From Camelus ferus (Eukaryota), in assembly GCF_009834535.1 (NCBI RefSeq), contig NC_045697.1, forward strand, positions 70,806,001 to 70,870,000: a stretch of DNA of 64,000 nt. The letters are read 5' to 3'. Of the stretch, positions 49,400 to 62,500 are shown piece after piece. A program made the translations under genes and the position numbers. The notes beneath the pieces are model-generated. The model had not been told where the DNA came from and did not search any database. It saw nothing but the letters and a program-made list of their open reading frames with translations. Positions within the stretch are counted from its first letter, which is position 1. Every line of letters starts with the position of its first letter.

Positions 49400-51600
49400 A
49401 TGAGTAGATTTGAAATACTCCTAATATTACCCAGAAAATCAATAGCCAGAACAAATGGAGTAATACCTTAGGATTTCTAGGCAAAATAACTGTCAACTTA
49501 GAATTATAAAAGTAGTTATTCTGTCACTTAGAAATCAAGGCAGTACAACTCAGGTGTTACTTACTCAGCTCATGGGCAGATGAAGAACACAACTAACTTC
49601 AAGAATTAATGTGAACTATAGGACACACTAATCAATACTTTGAATATACTTGCAGCCCTGGGTTCTTCCCAGAGCTATGGTAAAAAAAAAAGGAAAATAA
49701 AGATATTTTTAGATATTAAGATAAATCAAGAGATTTTACCACCCACAGTCCCTTATTAAAAAATTAATTAAGGGATGTACTTAAGCAAAAAGAAAAGTTG
49801 AGCCCAGAGGGAAATTATGAGATACGAGAAAGAATGCTGTCCATGGAAATTTAAAAATAGGTTAGTAAGATTAACTATTAACAGGAAAAAAATGTAAAAC
49901 AAAAAAAATCTGGAAAAACTTATTTTATTAACTACAGAAAATATCCAGTGTTTCATGTTAAAAATAAAATTAAGCACTTCCAGTTTGCAGTCTGGCCTGT
50001 AAAGAGCTTGGAAGTCATCATGCCATCCTTACAACACGTAAAAACTGAACGAACTGAAAATCAACAAATTTTCTTAGATCCATCAGAAAATTGAGGTCAC
50101 AGGGCAAACCACTGCACCAAAAGTTGAAGAAACAGACATGCATAAACAAAGAATCAAAGCTTATTGTTGCAGAAACCCATGAGCATCAACATATACCAGA
50201 ACTAGTGCTGTGGTAGAAAAACTTAAACTGCAAATTGGAGAATTCTACCAAACATTTAAAGAAGAAATTACACCAATTTTCTACAATCTCTTTCAGAACA
50301 TAGAAGCAGAGGGAATGTTACCTGACTCATTCTATGAGGCTAGCATTACTCTAATACCAAAATTGACAAAGACATTATGAGAGAAGAAAAACCACAGATC
50401 AATCTCTCTCACAAACACAGATGTAAAAATTCTCAACAAAATATTATTAAATCTAATCCAACAATGCATAAAAACATTATACACAAAGACCAAATAGGGT
50501 TTATTCCAAGTATGTAACATTTGGAATATGATTCAACATTTGAAAACCAATTAATATAATCCATAACAACAACAAGCCAAAGAAAAAAAATCCCATGATC
50601 ATTTCAACAGCTGCGAAAAGAAACAATTAGAAAAAACCAGCACCCATTCATGATTAAAAAAAAAAAAAAAAACTCAACAAACCAGGCATATAGGGGAATG
50701 TCTTCAATTTGATAAAGAAAATCTAAAAAACAGCATACTGATGAAGTACTATCGAAAATCCAGGAATAAATCCACATGAATAAGACAATCTGATATGTGT
50801 AAAAAAAAAGGCATTAAACTAATAAGGAATGGATAGGCTATTTAACAAATGGTGCTAGGACAACTGATTGTCCGTGTGAAAATTAAAATAAAATTAGATC
50901 ATTACACAGTATTTTAAAACTAATTCTACTTGTCCTTGTGAATTTACAGTAAGACAAGTAAATTTCTTAAGACACAAAAGTACAAATTCCAGAATTAAAG
51001 ACTAATAAAGCTAATCACATTAAAATGATAAACACCATGAAATAGATGCTTTCATAAACAAAGTTAAAAGATAAACCACAGACTGAGAAAAGACACTAGC
51101 AATGCATGTAACTGGCAAAAGATGAGAATTTCTACAAATCCTACAAAGAAAAGAACTCCTACAAATCACTAATCTGATAAGAAAAAATGGCAAAGGATTT
51201 AAATAGGCTCTTTACAGACAATAAAGCCCTAATTTCCAATAAATATGCACAATGATTCTCAATTTAACCTCAATAGCAATCAAAGATTTGCAAATATAAC
51301 ATTGGCAAAAGTTTTCAAGTGAGACCATTTTGAGATATTGGTGAATATCTGAAGAAATAAATTTGTCCAGGCATGTAGGAGAATAAATTTTCACTAAATT
51401 TATTGCAAATGTTCTTACCTACAGTCCAGCAATATCATTTCCAAGTATATGTCCTTGAGAAACTCTTATACATGTGCACAAGGAGATACGCGTAACAATG
51501 TCCATTATGAGATTATCTATATAATAGCACTTCTTAAAACAATGTAAATGTCCATCATGGTAGATAAATATATTGTGGTACATTCATAGAATGGTATACA
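49400..51600 (+). mobile_element. Composite L1 fragments (ORF1 end, 5' UTR piece, RT region 50240-50730, 3' region)
   Basis: gaattctaccaaacatttaaagaagaaatt (EFYQTFKEE) and actcattctatgaggctagcattactctaataccaaaa ([12 protein letters not shown]). Confidence 0.85.
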
Positions 51601-52134
51601 AGAGAATTCTGTATGTCCAATCAGCAGAGTGAATGTTAGGAGTCAAAAAAAATACATAGAACTGTCTCCTGGTAGCTACAACTGAGATAGCAAATAAGGT
51701 ATCAATAGTAAGTCAGTAAACCCTCAAACTTGCTGATCACATCTGCACTTGTGGTATTTGTAAAGTGCTCTTCCAAGGGCACCTGTCAACATGTCAGAAA
51801 GAATAAAGCAAATGTCAGTTCAACATTTCTGGATCTCTGGCATAAACACACCAGCTTAATGCATGATTGCTAATTAAAAGAGTTGAGTTCTTGCATTGCT
51901 TTTTTAAACTCTGACTTTGTTTTTTAAAGTGCCAACTTGTTAGGGTCCCTTATACCAGCAAACATCCTCTTTCTTAATACAATTAAGCATAGACAATATA
52001 CCTCCTATTCATTGAATAATTGCCCTATAAGACTCTGTTGGACTCTGTCTATTCTAATATTGGAATAAGGAAGCAATGAAGAAATAAAGACTTTATTAAC
52101 TTGTAGCCATTTCTTTGCCTGGGAGAGGACTTAC

Positions 52135-52240
52135 ATCACACAACTGACTTGCATTCATTCCTAAGTTTAGACGCCGATAAACTTTTATTTTTGTGACTCA
52201 AAGCAAACAGCTTGTTTTCCTTCCACTGGGAATAAATCTT
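52135..52240 (-). pseudogene. Exon remnant, 106 nt (RFIPSGRKTSCLL*VTKIKVYRRLNLGMNASQLCD)
   Basis: tatttttaag acceptor, GAT|GTAAGT donor; phase 2-0 matches the neighbouring candidates; one stop. Confidence 0.45.
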
Positions 52241-52342
52241 CTTAAAAATATACCAAAGAATAGTAACTACAAATTTTTATAGAGTTATTCCCTTTCTCTT
52301 TCTCTCCCCCTACCCGCCCCCATCTTTGTACTGCCAACCTTC

Positions 52343-52830
52343 TGTTACGACTTTGTTAAATTAGCATTTGTTGAGTGGAGCAGAGTGCCACATGGTGACC
52401 CAGTGTTCAACAACAGACTACAAGAGAAATTAAAATAATTGAAGCAGAGAAGTTTGTTAATCACAGGTCCTGGAGGAAGTACACTGTACACCACACAGGA
52501 AAATCAAGGCAGAGTACATATAAAGAGAGGCAGGACTTGGAAAACCAGCCTATTAGGGTCCATGGGTGGAGTGCTTTGGGGTTCCCAGGCTAGGGCCAGA
52601 TTGCCCAATTTAACTCAAAAGAGTAGGGTTTGGGTAAGCCACCAAAGAGTAGGGCCTTTCTAAGGTGCCCATGAGGCATACAGACAAGGGGAGGCAGTGG
52701 AAACTATTGATCACAAGGGCTGCTGGGGGAGTCTTATCAGGAACTTACAACTGCTTGTGACTCTGTGAACTGTTATCAAGGGCATGTACTTGCATGAGAG
52801 GCTAGGGTCAGTTTAAGGTCCCTGCAGGCA
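52343..52830 (-). mobile_element. Probable solo LTR (family not assigned)
   Basis: Starts tgttac; GC-richer block with a reverse-oriented LTR-like layout. Confidence 0.4.
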
Positions 52831-55501
52831 AGAACCTAGCCATACTGCTCCAACCTAACTATAATGGCCTTTTTATATGTCCAAAAAGAGGAAGAAGGAT
52901 TGGTGAGCATTTAACAAGTCTCTGAGACCCTATCTTCTGATGAGACCAATAAGAAATTTTCTACTTAATGGTACATGCAGTAAAAGTTCCTGATAGATTG
53001 GTCAGAAGTCTTCTCAATGTTCCTACCCAATAAAAATCTGCAAGCTCAGCTGGGTTAAATCTAAGACTACCTGTATCTAGCAGTTGCCCGAAGGTTCAGC
53101 ACACCCAGAAGTCTGAAACCAATCCTGTTTCCTCTCAAGTTAATTTTAGAAATCCAGGTCACTAGTTACCAGCAAGAAGTTAAGAAGTTAAGTGTTTTCT
53201 TACTGTAGCTGTGATCCTGTGCCTGTGCAAAATGGGGGGCCCCAGAGAGAGACAGCATGGTTGACATTCTGGATTGCTTCCTGTGCACTTTGGCCAAGTT
53301 ATCTGATTTTCCTTATTTTATTTTATCTTTTCTTATCTTAGCATCCTTATTAAAATTGGGATGATATGTTATCTCCCTAGAAGACTGTGAGAAATAAATT
53401 TGAAAATCTTTGAAAAGCACTTAGCACAGCATCTATTTCCTGAGCCACAGTTATTATCATTACCATCAATATTTGCCAATGTTTGATTACACAATAATTG
53501 GGTCCTTTTCCTATTTCCCCCGAATCTGAATGGCTGTCCATATTGATCCCTGGGTATGTCCAGGGAAAGGCACTCTCTACCTTTGGGAGTGGGGACAGGT
53601 CAGGGAGACAGTTCAGAGAGTGACACTATGAGAGAAACTGTGAGTGAGTAGGGCCCCGAAAATGAGAAATCTTGAGTTCTCTAAGCCAAAGGTCAGTGAA
53701 CAAGACTGAGTTATTAAATCAACTATACATCAATCTAAAAATAAAAAAGTGACTCAAGAGAAGATAGTCCAGCACTAAGTTGAATATTCTGTTAAGATTC
53801 CAGTATCCAAAAACTCACTACTGAGACTAGGTGGTTGAGGATTGAACAGAATCAAGAGAAAGGCAATCTGTGGCCAAGTTGGGTCAATACCCAAAGATGT
53901 ACAGGTATCATGACCCTGTTGCAGTAGTCTGAGTGGGCAGAAACAAACAAAGGGGGAGAATGGCTGGTAAGATGGACAACAACAAAAGAAACAAAATACT
54001 TGTACAAGATTAGAAAGTTTTGCTGAGGCTGCCTTTCATTCATATTTGATGTGCTACACTGGCCTTAGTCTGCCATTCCATTTCTCCATGAATGAGGGCC
54101 TGTCTTGTTCTGATAAGTAATCTTGCCTCTCCACCTCAGTCTCTGAGACTACCTGCCTCTACAATTGCCCCATCTCCCTGGTGCGCATTACATCTGGACC
54201 TCGAATTGTTCTCATTCAAGATCCATCACCTCTGGTGCCAATCATCCACTGGCTCACCTATTTGATTATGTACCAAAATTTATTTTTAACACCTACTTTT
54301 TGACCCTTGAAAATTCTGTTGGTTTATCATATCAGATCCTAGACTTCCAGGGTCTAGTTAGTCCTACTACAGTTCAAGTCCTGATCCTGCCTCTGCTCAT
54401 ATTTGGGAAATTCTCTCTCTGAGGAAGACACATCACATTAAATTAAGGTTACATCAAGAACTCAGTCAATCAACAGGAAAATTTTTCTTTTATGGAAGTT
54501 TACTAGTTTTTTTTTTTTAATTTGTATTGAAGTTTCTTTTAAATTCTCAAGCATCTTCAAAAATAAATATTAGCATTTCTTTATTAAACAAGTCTTCACA
54601 TTAAATAATTGTTTTTATATTTTGCATCAGTAGGTTTCAAACTAGTTCTGGGTTCTCTGTATAATAATTTCCCATGTTCATTGTCTATATCCCAAGCAGA
54701 AGCTGTTTTCTCTCAGGCAGCCTGGTAATATGCCATTTGAAAGGAAATATTGCTATTTGAAGCACTATGAGCAACTGCACTTGGTTTTAAAGAGCTCCCT
54801 CTACACACTTCCAACAAGATTCACAGAGAGAATAATGTTTGCTCCTTGTCTCCAGGTTAAAACAAGATTTATTTCCTTTGGCGGTGTGGGGGACAAGGAG
54901 AGGGACTAGGCTCAGCAAGTTCCTTCTTTGAGTAATACTTTCTTAATCAAGATTTCTAATCCTATTTCCCCTTTGGAGTAGTTCACTAAATATTTTAATC
55001 TTCCTAATTACAAATTAGACAAACTGTTTTGGTAAAAGATACCTGTGCCTTTGCACATAACACATCTTGCTTTTTTCATTCACAACACTCCTTATAAGAT
55101 TTGAATCTCCCTTCTTGTTACAGTTTTGCAGCCTCTAACATTAGAGTAAACTGAATTTTCAGGATAATAAGTAGAGATGAGGCCAAAGATATATTCCCAG
55201 TTGAATTTATATTGCACTGAAGGTCAGTGAAATGCAGAAGAAACTTATGAGTTTTTAGAAATGAGTATAATTAATAACCAAACTAATTAATGTTTCTTGG
55301 CTCAGACTTTTGATGCCATGATTTTACTGTTGGGACACAATGCATTTTTTTTAATCATAATTTTTACTTAGGAGTTGAACATATAGAATTCTTAGCCTTG
55401 ACACTAAATTAACATTTATTTTAGGCTTCAGTATAGAGTTGTTATTCTCTAAAACCAAAGAACTATATTAATTTTATATTAAAGCTAAGTCTCTAACTTA
55501 C

Positions 55502-55558
55502 TCCGTTAGTAGAAAAAAGTGCCATGTGTGCATTTCAGTTTTAATTAGTATCATTTCC
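55502..55558 (-). pseudogene. Exon remnant, 57 nt (EMILIKTEMHTWHFFLLT, or MALFSTNG in another frame)
   Basis: tttatttaag acceptor and GGA|GTAAGT donor; open in phase 2-2. Confidence 0.4.
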
Positions 55559-55589
55559 CTTAAATAAATTAATTTTACTTATGCATATA

Positions 55590-56385
55590 CATATTGGTGA
55601 TAGAAGTATAAATCAGTATTACTTGCAAAGAAAGTAATTTGGCATTATCTATCAAGATGAAAAATTCCCACATCCTTTGAGCCTGAATTTTCCCTGAAGA
55701 TATCTTAGCTCATGGTTTAATTAATATATGTACTAGGATGTTTCTTGCAGCAGAGCTTGTAATAGCAAAAAACTGGACACAACTTAAATGTCTATCAATA
55801 GGAGACCTGCTAAATAAATTTTGTTAAGTGCATGCAGTAGAATAAAATATAGCTATAAAAGCCAACATATTCATTCATTAAACAAATTTAATTACTTATC
55901 ATGTGTCTCTTATGTCCCAGGCACTGTATCAGGCACTGGAGCCTCATGCAACAAATTAAATAGTTGAAAATACCCTCATGTAGTTAATATTCTAGTTGGG
56001 TGTCAGAAGCAATAAACAAATAAATGATGGTGATTAGTTCACTTTGGAAAAAAAGTAAGGAAGATAGGGAATGTGGAAGATAGGCAGTGTGAGGTGGTGT
56101 TGAACTACATTTAAAATGAAATATCTTTAGTACTAATAGGGAATAATTTCTAATTTATATTATTAAATAAAAAAGGAAGGTACATAGCAGTATATAAAAC
56201 ACACACACATACACACAACTGGAGATTATTTGCTAATATAAAACACCTCTGAAAGATACTAAGAAACTGGCAACATTCATTATCTCCACAGAGGAATATT
56301 GAGTGAACAGGGGCAGGAGGTAAAAATTTCACTTTGTATTTTTAAAATTTTGTGCCATGTAATGTTATTTGTTTTAAAACTTAAA
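55590..56385. mobile_element. L1ME 3' end with intervening L2 fragment
   Basis: ttgtaatagcaaaaaactggacacaacttaaatgtctatcaatagg; ccaggcactgtatcaggcactgg. Confidence 0.65.
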
Positions 56386-57329
56386 TAAAGAGTTGGCACA
56401 AAAAATAAGTTTGAATTCCCATGTACCCCTGAAGTCCTAATATCAAAAAATCACTTTACATCCTTGGGAAACACGAATGGTTTGCAGTTTTTGGTAAAGT
56501 ATTTCTTAATGTAAATATTTTAATGATATAAAAAGAATTTCTCACACTTTTTCTAGAACTGTTCTCAGAATTTCACTTGCCCAGACACCCGTTCCAAAAG
56601 GTAAAAGGATGAGACAAAAGGGCAAGGATGAGGACTCTTTCTCACAAGCCCTTTGCCTAACACAGGAGGTGACTTGAGTCAGCACTGTCATTGGCACTTA
56701 AAGAGAGAGTCAATATTTTAATGGTTCTAGCCTAACTGTATGATACATTTGAGAATTTACAGAACTGATGAGTAATATTAAAGTGATTCTTTAAGAGCCA
56801 CTATAGGACACATGCCTTTCACAAACTAAAGCTCAGGGAGTTCAAAATCCCACTGTGGTTGCAGGCTGGAAAAAAATAAGACTCTTTAGGTTGTGTTTCC
56901 TCTAAAATTGAATAATATTTGCATTTTTGTTTTTCTGTTTCCATTTCTTCTCAGCAATTTTCTTCCCCTTTACTCTATCCTTGCCATTCTTAATTTTGCA
57001 ATCTTCCAAGGTCTTAAACCTGTAATAGATTCCTGGTGAGAATGAGATTAGGCCATGAAATTCTGCTTTGCTTCACCAGCGACCTATCTGGTGGTTTTTT
57101 TTTTTTTTTTTTAATTTGCCATTTAATACTCCACTGCTCTCCTCAATCCTTAGTTAAGTTCGGCAAGTGCCCCCTCAGTGCTCTCAGATGTAAGGAGGTA
57201 TAACTCACTGTAACTGATATTTGCTTAAATTTTCCAGCTTATGAAGCTTCACATATAGCTTTTCCTTTAGCCATTTATGATTGTGCAAATAGAATCACAA
57301 AACCAAAACGGGAGGGAACTTTATCACTT

Positions 57330-58955
57330 AGCGTAAGGTAGGGCCTGTTTCTCACGTAAGAAGAAAAAGCTGAAAAGACCGAAAAATCAAGAACCCTCCT
57401 TGGATCCATAAAAGTGGGGAAGCCAGAGTGCAAACTCCTACCTTTAAAATTGGAGAGACAGACAGGTGAGTACAGGAAGGCATGGCTTACTGTCACAGAG
57501 ACTCACGAGTGGAAACTGCCAGAAGAATCAGTGCAGGGACATCATGTTCAACTATCAAGAAAAACCTACAAGGCATATCAAAAGGCAAAATACATAATTT
57601 GAAGAAACAGACCAAGTATCAGAACCAAACATGGCAGCGATGTTGGAATTATTAGGCCAGGAATTAAAACGACTGGACTAATATGCTAAGGGATCTAAGT
57701 AGACTGCTTGCAAGAACAGATGGGAATTGTAAGCAGAGATGCAAATCCTAAGGAAAATACATACATACATACATACATACATACATACATACATACATAC
57801 ATGCATGCTAGAGATTAAAAACACTGTAAAAGAAGTAAAAATGATTGAAAGGCTTTATTAGTAGACCGGAATGACTGAAGAAAGAATCTCTGACTTAGAG
57901 GATGTATCAGTAGAATCCTTGAAAGACCAAAATCAAAGAGAACAAAGACTGAAAAAACAGAATATCCAACAATGGTAGGATAACTATAAAAGGTTTAACA
58001 TGTGTACAATGGGAATACCAGAAGGAGAAGCATCAGAGAAAGGAATAGAAGAAATACTTGACACAAAAATGACAGAGAATTTTCCCAAGTCATAGATCCA
58101 GGAAAATCAGAGGACATCAAGCAGCAAAAATACCCCTCCAAAAAAAATTTTTTAAGTACACCTAGGCATATCATCAAACTAAAGATAATCAAAGCTAAAG
58201 AAAAAAAACCCTGAAAGAAGTCAGGGAATGAAGCACATTCCCTGTAGGAAAACAAGAATAAGAATTATAACCAACTTCTCCATAGGAATCATGCAAGCAA
58301 GAAGAAGGTAGAAGAAAATATTTAGAGTGTTGAGAGAAAAAAACACCAACAGAATTCTGTGCCCTGTATCCTTCAAAAGTGACGGAGAAGCAAAGACTTT
58401 CTCAGACAAACAAAAATTGAGGAAATTTGTCACCAGTGAAACTGCCCTGCAAGAAATGTTAAAAGTTCTTTAAGAGAGGAGAAAAATAATACAGGTCAGA
58501 AGCTCTGATCTACATAAAGTAAGGAAGAGCATTAATAAAGGAGTAGGTGAAGGTAAAAAAAAGAATTTTTATTTTTCTTAGTCTTAATTGATCTAACAGA
58601 TAACAGTTTGTTCAAAAAGATAGTACCAACAATGTATTCAATTATATATACTTATGTACATATCTTATGCATATATACACGTTTATGTATGCTTATATGT
58701 AAGTGAAACAAATGATGGCAATGATACAAGGGACAGGAAAGAGGAATTAAGATTATTTTGTTATTATAATGTGCTCAAACTACCCATTAGGTGGTACAGA
58801 GTTACTTAAAAGTGAACTTGGATTGGCTGTAAATGTATAGTGCAAATTCTAGGGCGAGCACTAAAAAAAGTAAGAAAAGAAATGTAACTGATTTCCTAAG
58901 AAAGGAGAGAAAATGGAACCGTATAAAATAACTCAGTTGAAACCACAAAAGGCAG
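57330..58955 (+). mobile_element. L1M 5' UTR and ORF1 fragment
   Basis: cacctaggcatatcatc, agactttctcagacaaacaaaaattgaggaaatttgtcaccagt..ccctgcaagaaatgttaaaag. Confidence 0.85.
57757..57801. repeat. (TACA)n microsatellite
   Basis: About 11 tandem TACA units. Confidence 0.9.
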
Positions 58956-59469
58956 TGCAAGTTGAGTAAACTGAGGTCTAGAGAAGGAGCACAGTGGTTT
59001 GCTCAGGAAGTCACAGTAAGATGCTGAGCCAGTGAGCACCAAACGTCACCTCCAGTTCAGTGACTTTCAGACGTAAATAAATTCTCAACCTCATTATACA
59101 CCTGCCTCCAGCTCTACTGCATTTTTCTCACAGGACAAATTGCCTGACTAGTTCTTTTGCTCTTATATATCTATGAATTACTTAATTTCATAATTTTGGT
59201 CACTTATTCCTTTGTGGATTAATGTACTCACTGATATATCGGGAAGTCTAAAATCAAAAACAATTACCACCATTTCCTTTGATTCTAGTTGGTGAAAAGA
59301 TAGCTTGATTTATGCTTTACCAGACATCAGCCCTGATTTCCAGTCCCTGCTGGAGGGTAGGCAGGGAGCACCATCATTATTTTATCTCAAAACTAGCACA
59401 GTATCCAAGACATAATACACCTTCACGCGCATGTGACCGTTTTTAACTTCAGTGGTATTTGAACACTGT

Positions 59470-59915
59470 TTTAGGTCAGCTTCCCCGGATGAAGACCGCG
59501 AGGCCAGGTGTGTGACAGTGATTCAGTACAGATGGGCTCCCAAGAGAAACCTGGGAAGGAACTAGGGAGCTACGACGACACGCAAGGGCACAATTCCAGC
59601 AAAACCTCAACCTCAGCCGCACCCTGCAGGGGAGCTCTGGAATCTAATTTCTACCCCAGAGCTTGTCCCAACTTGAGGCAAGTTTGCTGAGCTTTCATGA
59701 CTTGTGCCAGTTTGTCTGTGGTAAGGGCCACCCTCGAGGACATGCGGACCCCCACGGATGCTGGCGGGCACCAGTAGCCCTAGGGCGGTACTCCAGAGAG
59801 AGTCACAAGGGCCAGCCTCTAGGGGCCAAGCATGCTGAAGCCAAGGGATGGACACGCAGAAAGAGTCAGGGGGTTCTGAGCGGACCTGCTGGGGTCCTGA
59901 CAGCATCTGCTTCAC
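59470..59915. mobile_element. ERVL LTR16-like element with many retained CpGs
   Basis: ggtcagcttccccggatgaagacc..caggggagctctggaat..gggttctgagcggacctg..cagcatctgcttca. Confidence 0.55.
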
Positions 59916-60130
59916 AGATTACCACACTACTCTATAGAAGGGATAAAAATATGATTAATCACCAACACTTATTATCCGAAGCCAAACCTTTGCTTAGGAA
60001 CACAGGCACTATGGTATTTGCTACCAGCAAAGCCCATTAGCAATTCCCAGGAAATAAAAACAGAATCTGGGTAATGATAAAGTCTAACCTTTTTTTTCCC
60101 TTGTGCTTCGTCTAGTTCCACTTGCTCACA

Positions 60131-60360
60131 GAGGGCCGCCCGCAGACGACTCACGCCGGGCACTTCCAACCAGAGTTCCTAGCGCGAAACAGCTGAGGCC
60201 GCAGCTGGCGGGCCAAAGAGAAGCGCTGCGCTCGGCATCCTCATTCAAGATGGCGGCAGCGGGGCTGTGAGCAGTGCAGCTGCGCGGACCCTGACGGAGC
60301 TCCGCCCCCTCTGCTCCTTGGCCCAGCCCGCCGGAAAGCAGCCCCGTCCACAGCCCATGG
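60131..60360. promoter_or_regulatory. Small CpG-island promoter with YY1 motif and GC box
   Basis: About 21 CpGs in about 220 bp against a CpG-depleted background. CAAGATGGCGGC (YY1 consensus) at 60246-60257, CTCCGCCCCC (Sp1/KLF GC box) at 60300-60309, CCGGAA (ETS core) at 60331-60336. Confidence 0.75.
60155..60260 (-). other. Candidate first (probably non-coding) exon of the minus-strand transcript
   Basis: Minus-strand donor GGC|GTGAGT (plus actcac 60149-60154) at the edge of the CpG island. The ATGs in this segment reach a TAG before the donor. The 5' end is a guess. Confidence 0.5.
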
Positions 60361-61968
60361 AGGAGAGCAAGTGCTGTAAGGTGGGAGCTTGCATCTCTCC
60401 GTTCTTTGATCAGAGACAAGCTTCTCTTTGCTACTGAACCAAAGTCCGTCTCGTTCTGTTGCTCAAATGATGCCCGGTAGGAGGACCCTTGTTGGGGCCT
60501 GACTCAAAAGATTCAGTAAGTAACAATACCACCATCTACAAATATTTTTTTCTAGCATGAATACATATATTTCTAGAATATATATTTCTAGAACTATCCA
60601 TGTATTTTTTAAAAGTATTTGCATAAGTAAAATATTACTCTTACTCACAGTCATATTATTTCATGTTCCCAAAATTTTCCCTGGAGACCGATTTCTCTCC
60701 CTTTAAATCCAAACAAATAATTCAGGGTCCTGAGGACTTCACTAGAGTTAGAGCATCCTGGAGCTCTTATTTTATACACCTTCCAATTTATAAAAATAGA
60801 TAATCAGTTTTCTTCTTTATCAGCAAGGAGTAGTCAAAGCTTGTTTACATCTGTCTACTCTTTTGGCATGTAGTTAAAATACTTTATCTCAAAAAAACTA
60901 AAATAAAATGAAAAGTTCAGGGAGAATTCTAGCAAATCTTTGGCTAGATCAACCAAAGAATTGAAGAGCTCCTCGCTTCTTAACTACACTATCCTCATAA
61001 TTTTGCTCTTTTAATTTTGCCTCCATTGTAGCTCAGGATTATCAATAATGAAAACAGAATAAGTTTAAGGGGAACAGATCACTCCTGGCACCGTTTAGAG
61101 TAGTGATTCTAATATAAGTTTTCAACTCCACAGTGTTCATAAATAAATATCAACAGGGAAAAAGCCATGTAAAAATCACACATTAACTTACACACAGACA
61201 CATGGATTAAATAAAAGGATGGGTTTATTTTGTCTAAACTAAAAATCACATAAACCCTATATGACAATACTCATCATATGCTCATCAGAAGCTGTGTTGG
61301 CAGTTACATCTGTTTAAAAGATCAAAATATGCAAAAAAAATTTACTTAAGAAATTTAATTATTTTATTAAATTTAATTTAATTTAATTATTTTATTAGAC
61401 CAATTATCTCAAAACATAAACCCTTTCAGTGAAAAGCAACAGAAGGGATTCTTCATTGGTGGAAAAGACTGAGAAAATCTTCGCCCTCTCCTACCCATCT
61501 CTAGAATGGTTTAAGTATCTAAGGATGATTATTAATATATCAATAATACCGGTCTCTGGACAAAATAATGTAAGCAAAAGCTCATGTAGACTTATTCTGG
61601 TGCTCACCACTTAACATCTTAATACCCAGAGCTCCCACATTCTGTTGCAAAGTTTGTACATTGCACGATAGCTCCAGGCTGCAGGGCTGAGTTGGGGCTG
61701 AAATCCACCTGTGCCCTGGAGCCAAGCTGCGGCTCATAGGGTGGTACCTACACAGAGGGGGGGTCTTGTCTTAATCTGCAAATGGCACTACAGAGGACAA
61801 TGAAGGCTTGTTCATCTTATTAAAGTACACATACCTGACTAGATATTTTTCTCTTTGAATCTGAAAGTTTAGCCTTCAGCCTAGAAACACTCTGAACAAC
61901 CTAGATATCCAGTTATGAACAATTAATTATGTAATTTCCAAAATATTCCAAACTTGGTTTCAAGCTGC

Positions 61969-62444
61969 TGCCAACTAAAGAATGTCACTGACCATCCAGC
62001 TCTACAAGAATTGAGTAATTTGCCACTGTAGTCACTGACCTTTAACACACCCTGAAAGGAGTTCAGGAGGAGATCAGGAATGAGGCACTCTGTGCTCTGG
62101 GAAAACTGGCAGAACGGGCCTTCAGCGAGTTCCGATATTTTCAGGAGAAAGTTTTTTATGGACCCAAACTCTTGCATCTTCTCATATGTAGAAAAGCACT
62201 AAAATCATTAACTAAGACACCCATTCCTAGGGACCAGCAGCAACTTTCTGCCGAGATGTGTGCTTGATTGCATGTACTCCCTTTGCCAAAATCCCATATA
62301 TACTGATCCCATCTCTTACCTCTTCTGAGCAGTTCCTCAGAGCTCTCTGAGAGGCTGTCCCTGGGGCTATAATCCTCAATAAGTCTCCAAATAAAACTGG
62401 AACTCATAGCTCTCATGTTTTGCATTTTTTAATCCCAGTCGAAA
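61969..62444 (+). mobile_element. ERV1-class solo LTR, 476 bp
   Basis: 4-bp TSD ctgc (61965-61968 and 62445-62448); imperfect inverted ends tgccaact..agtcgaaa; TATA-like catatata near 62295; AATAAA at 62390-62395. Confidence 0.8.
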
Positions 62445-62462
62445 CTGCTGAGGGAAAACTGT

Positions 62463-62467
<5 letters not shown>

Positions 62468-62498
<31 letters not shown>
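62468..62498. repeat. (CA)n microsatellite
   Basis: About 15 CA units. Confidence 0.95.

Positions 62499-62500
<2 letters not shown>

Larger units (their letters stand above)
709..60260 (-). pseudogene. Putative large multi-exon unitary pseudogene (about 20 exon remnants; ancestral product not identified)
   Basis: Exon-like segments lie in non-repeat DNA, mostly with polypyrimidine-AG acceptors and GT donors. Consecutive segments join in matching phase in four clusters (55.6-46.3, 41.0-35.8, 15.4-8.3 and 5.1-0.9 kb). Some are fully open (46501-46321, 41461-41269, 36983-36803, 15419-15342); others carry 1-4 in-frame stops. A CpG-rich first-exon candidate sits at the 5' end. Assembled by eye. 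Confidence 0.6.

Noticed and set aside
50240..50730. Active reverse transcriptase gene
   Set aside because: Fragmentary L1 ORF2 with frameshifts and stops.
59508..60419. Several 60-125 aa ORFs near the CpG island
   Set aside because: Expected in GC-rich LTR and promoter DNA; no protein-like signal.
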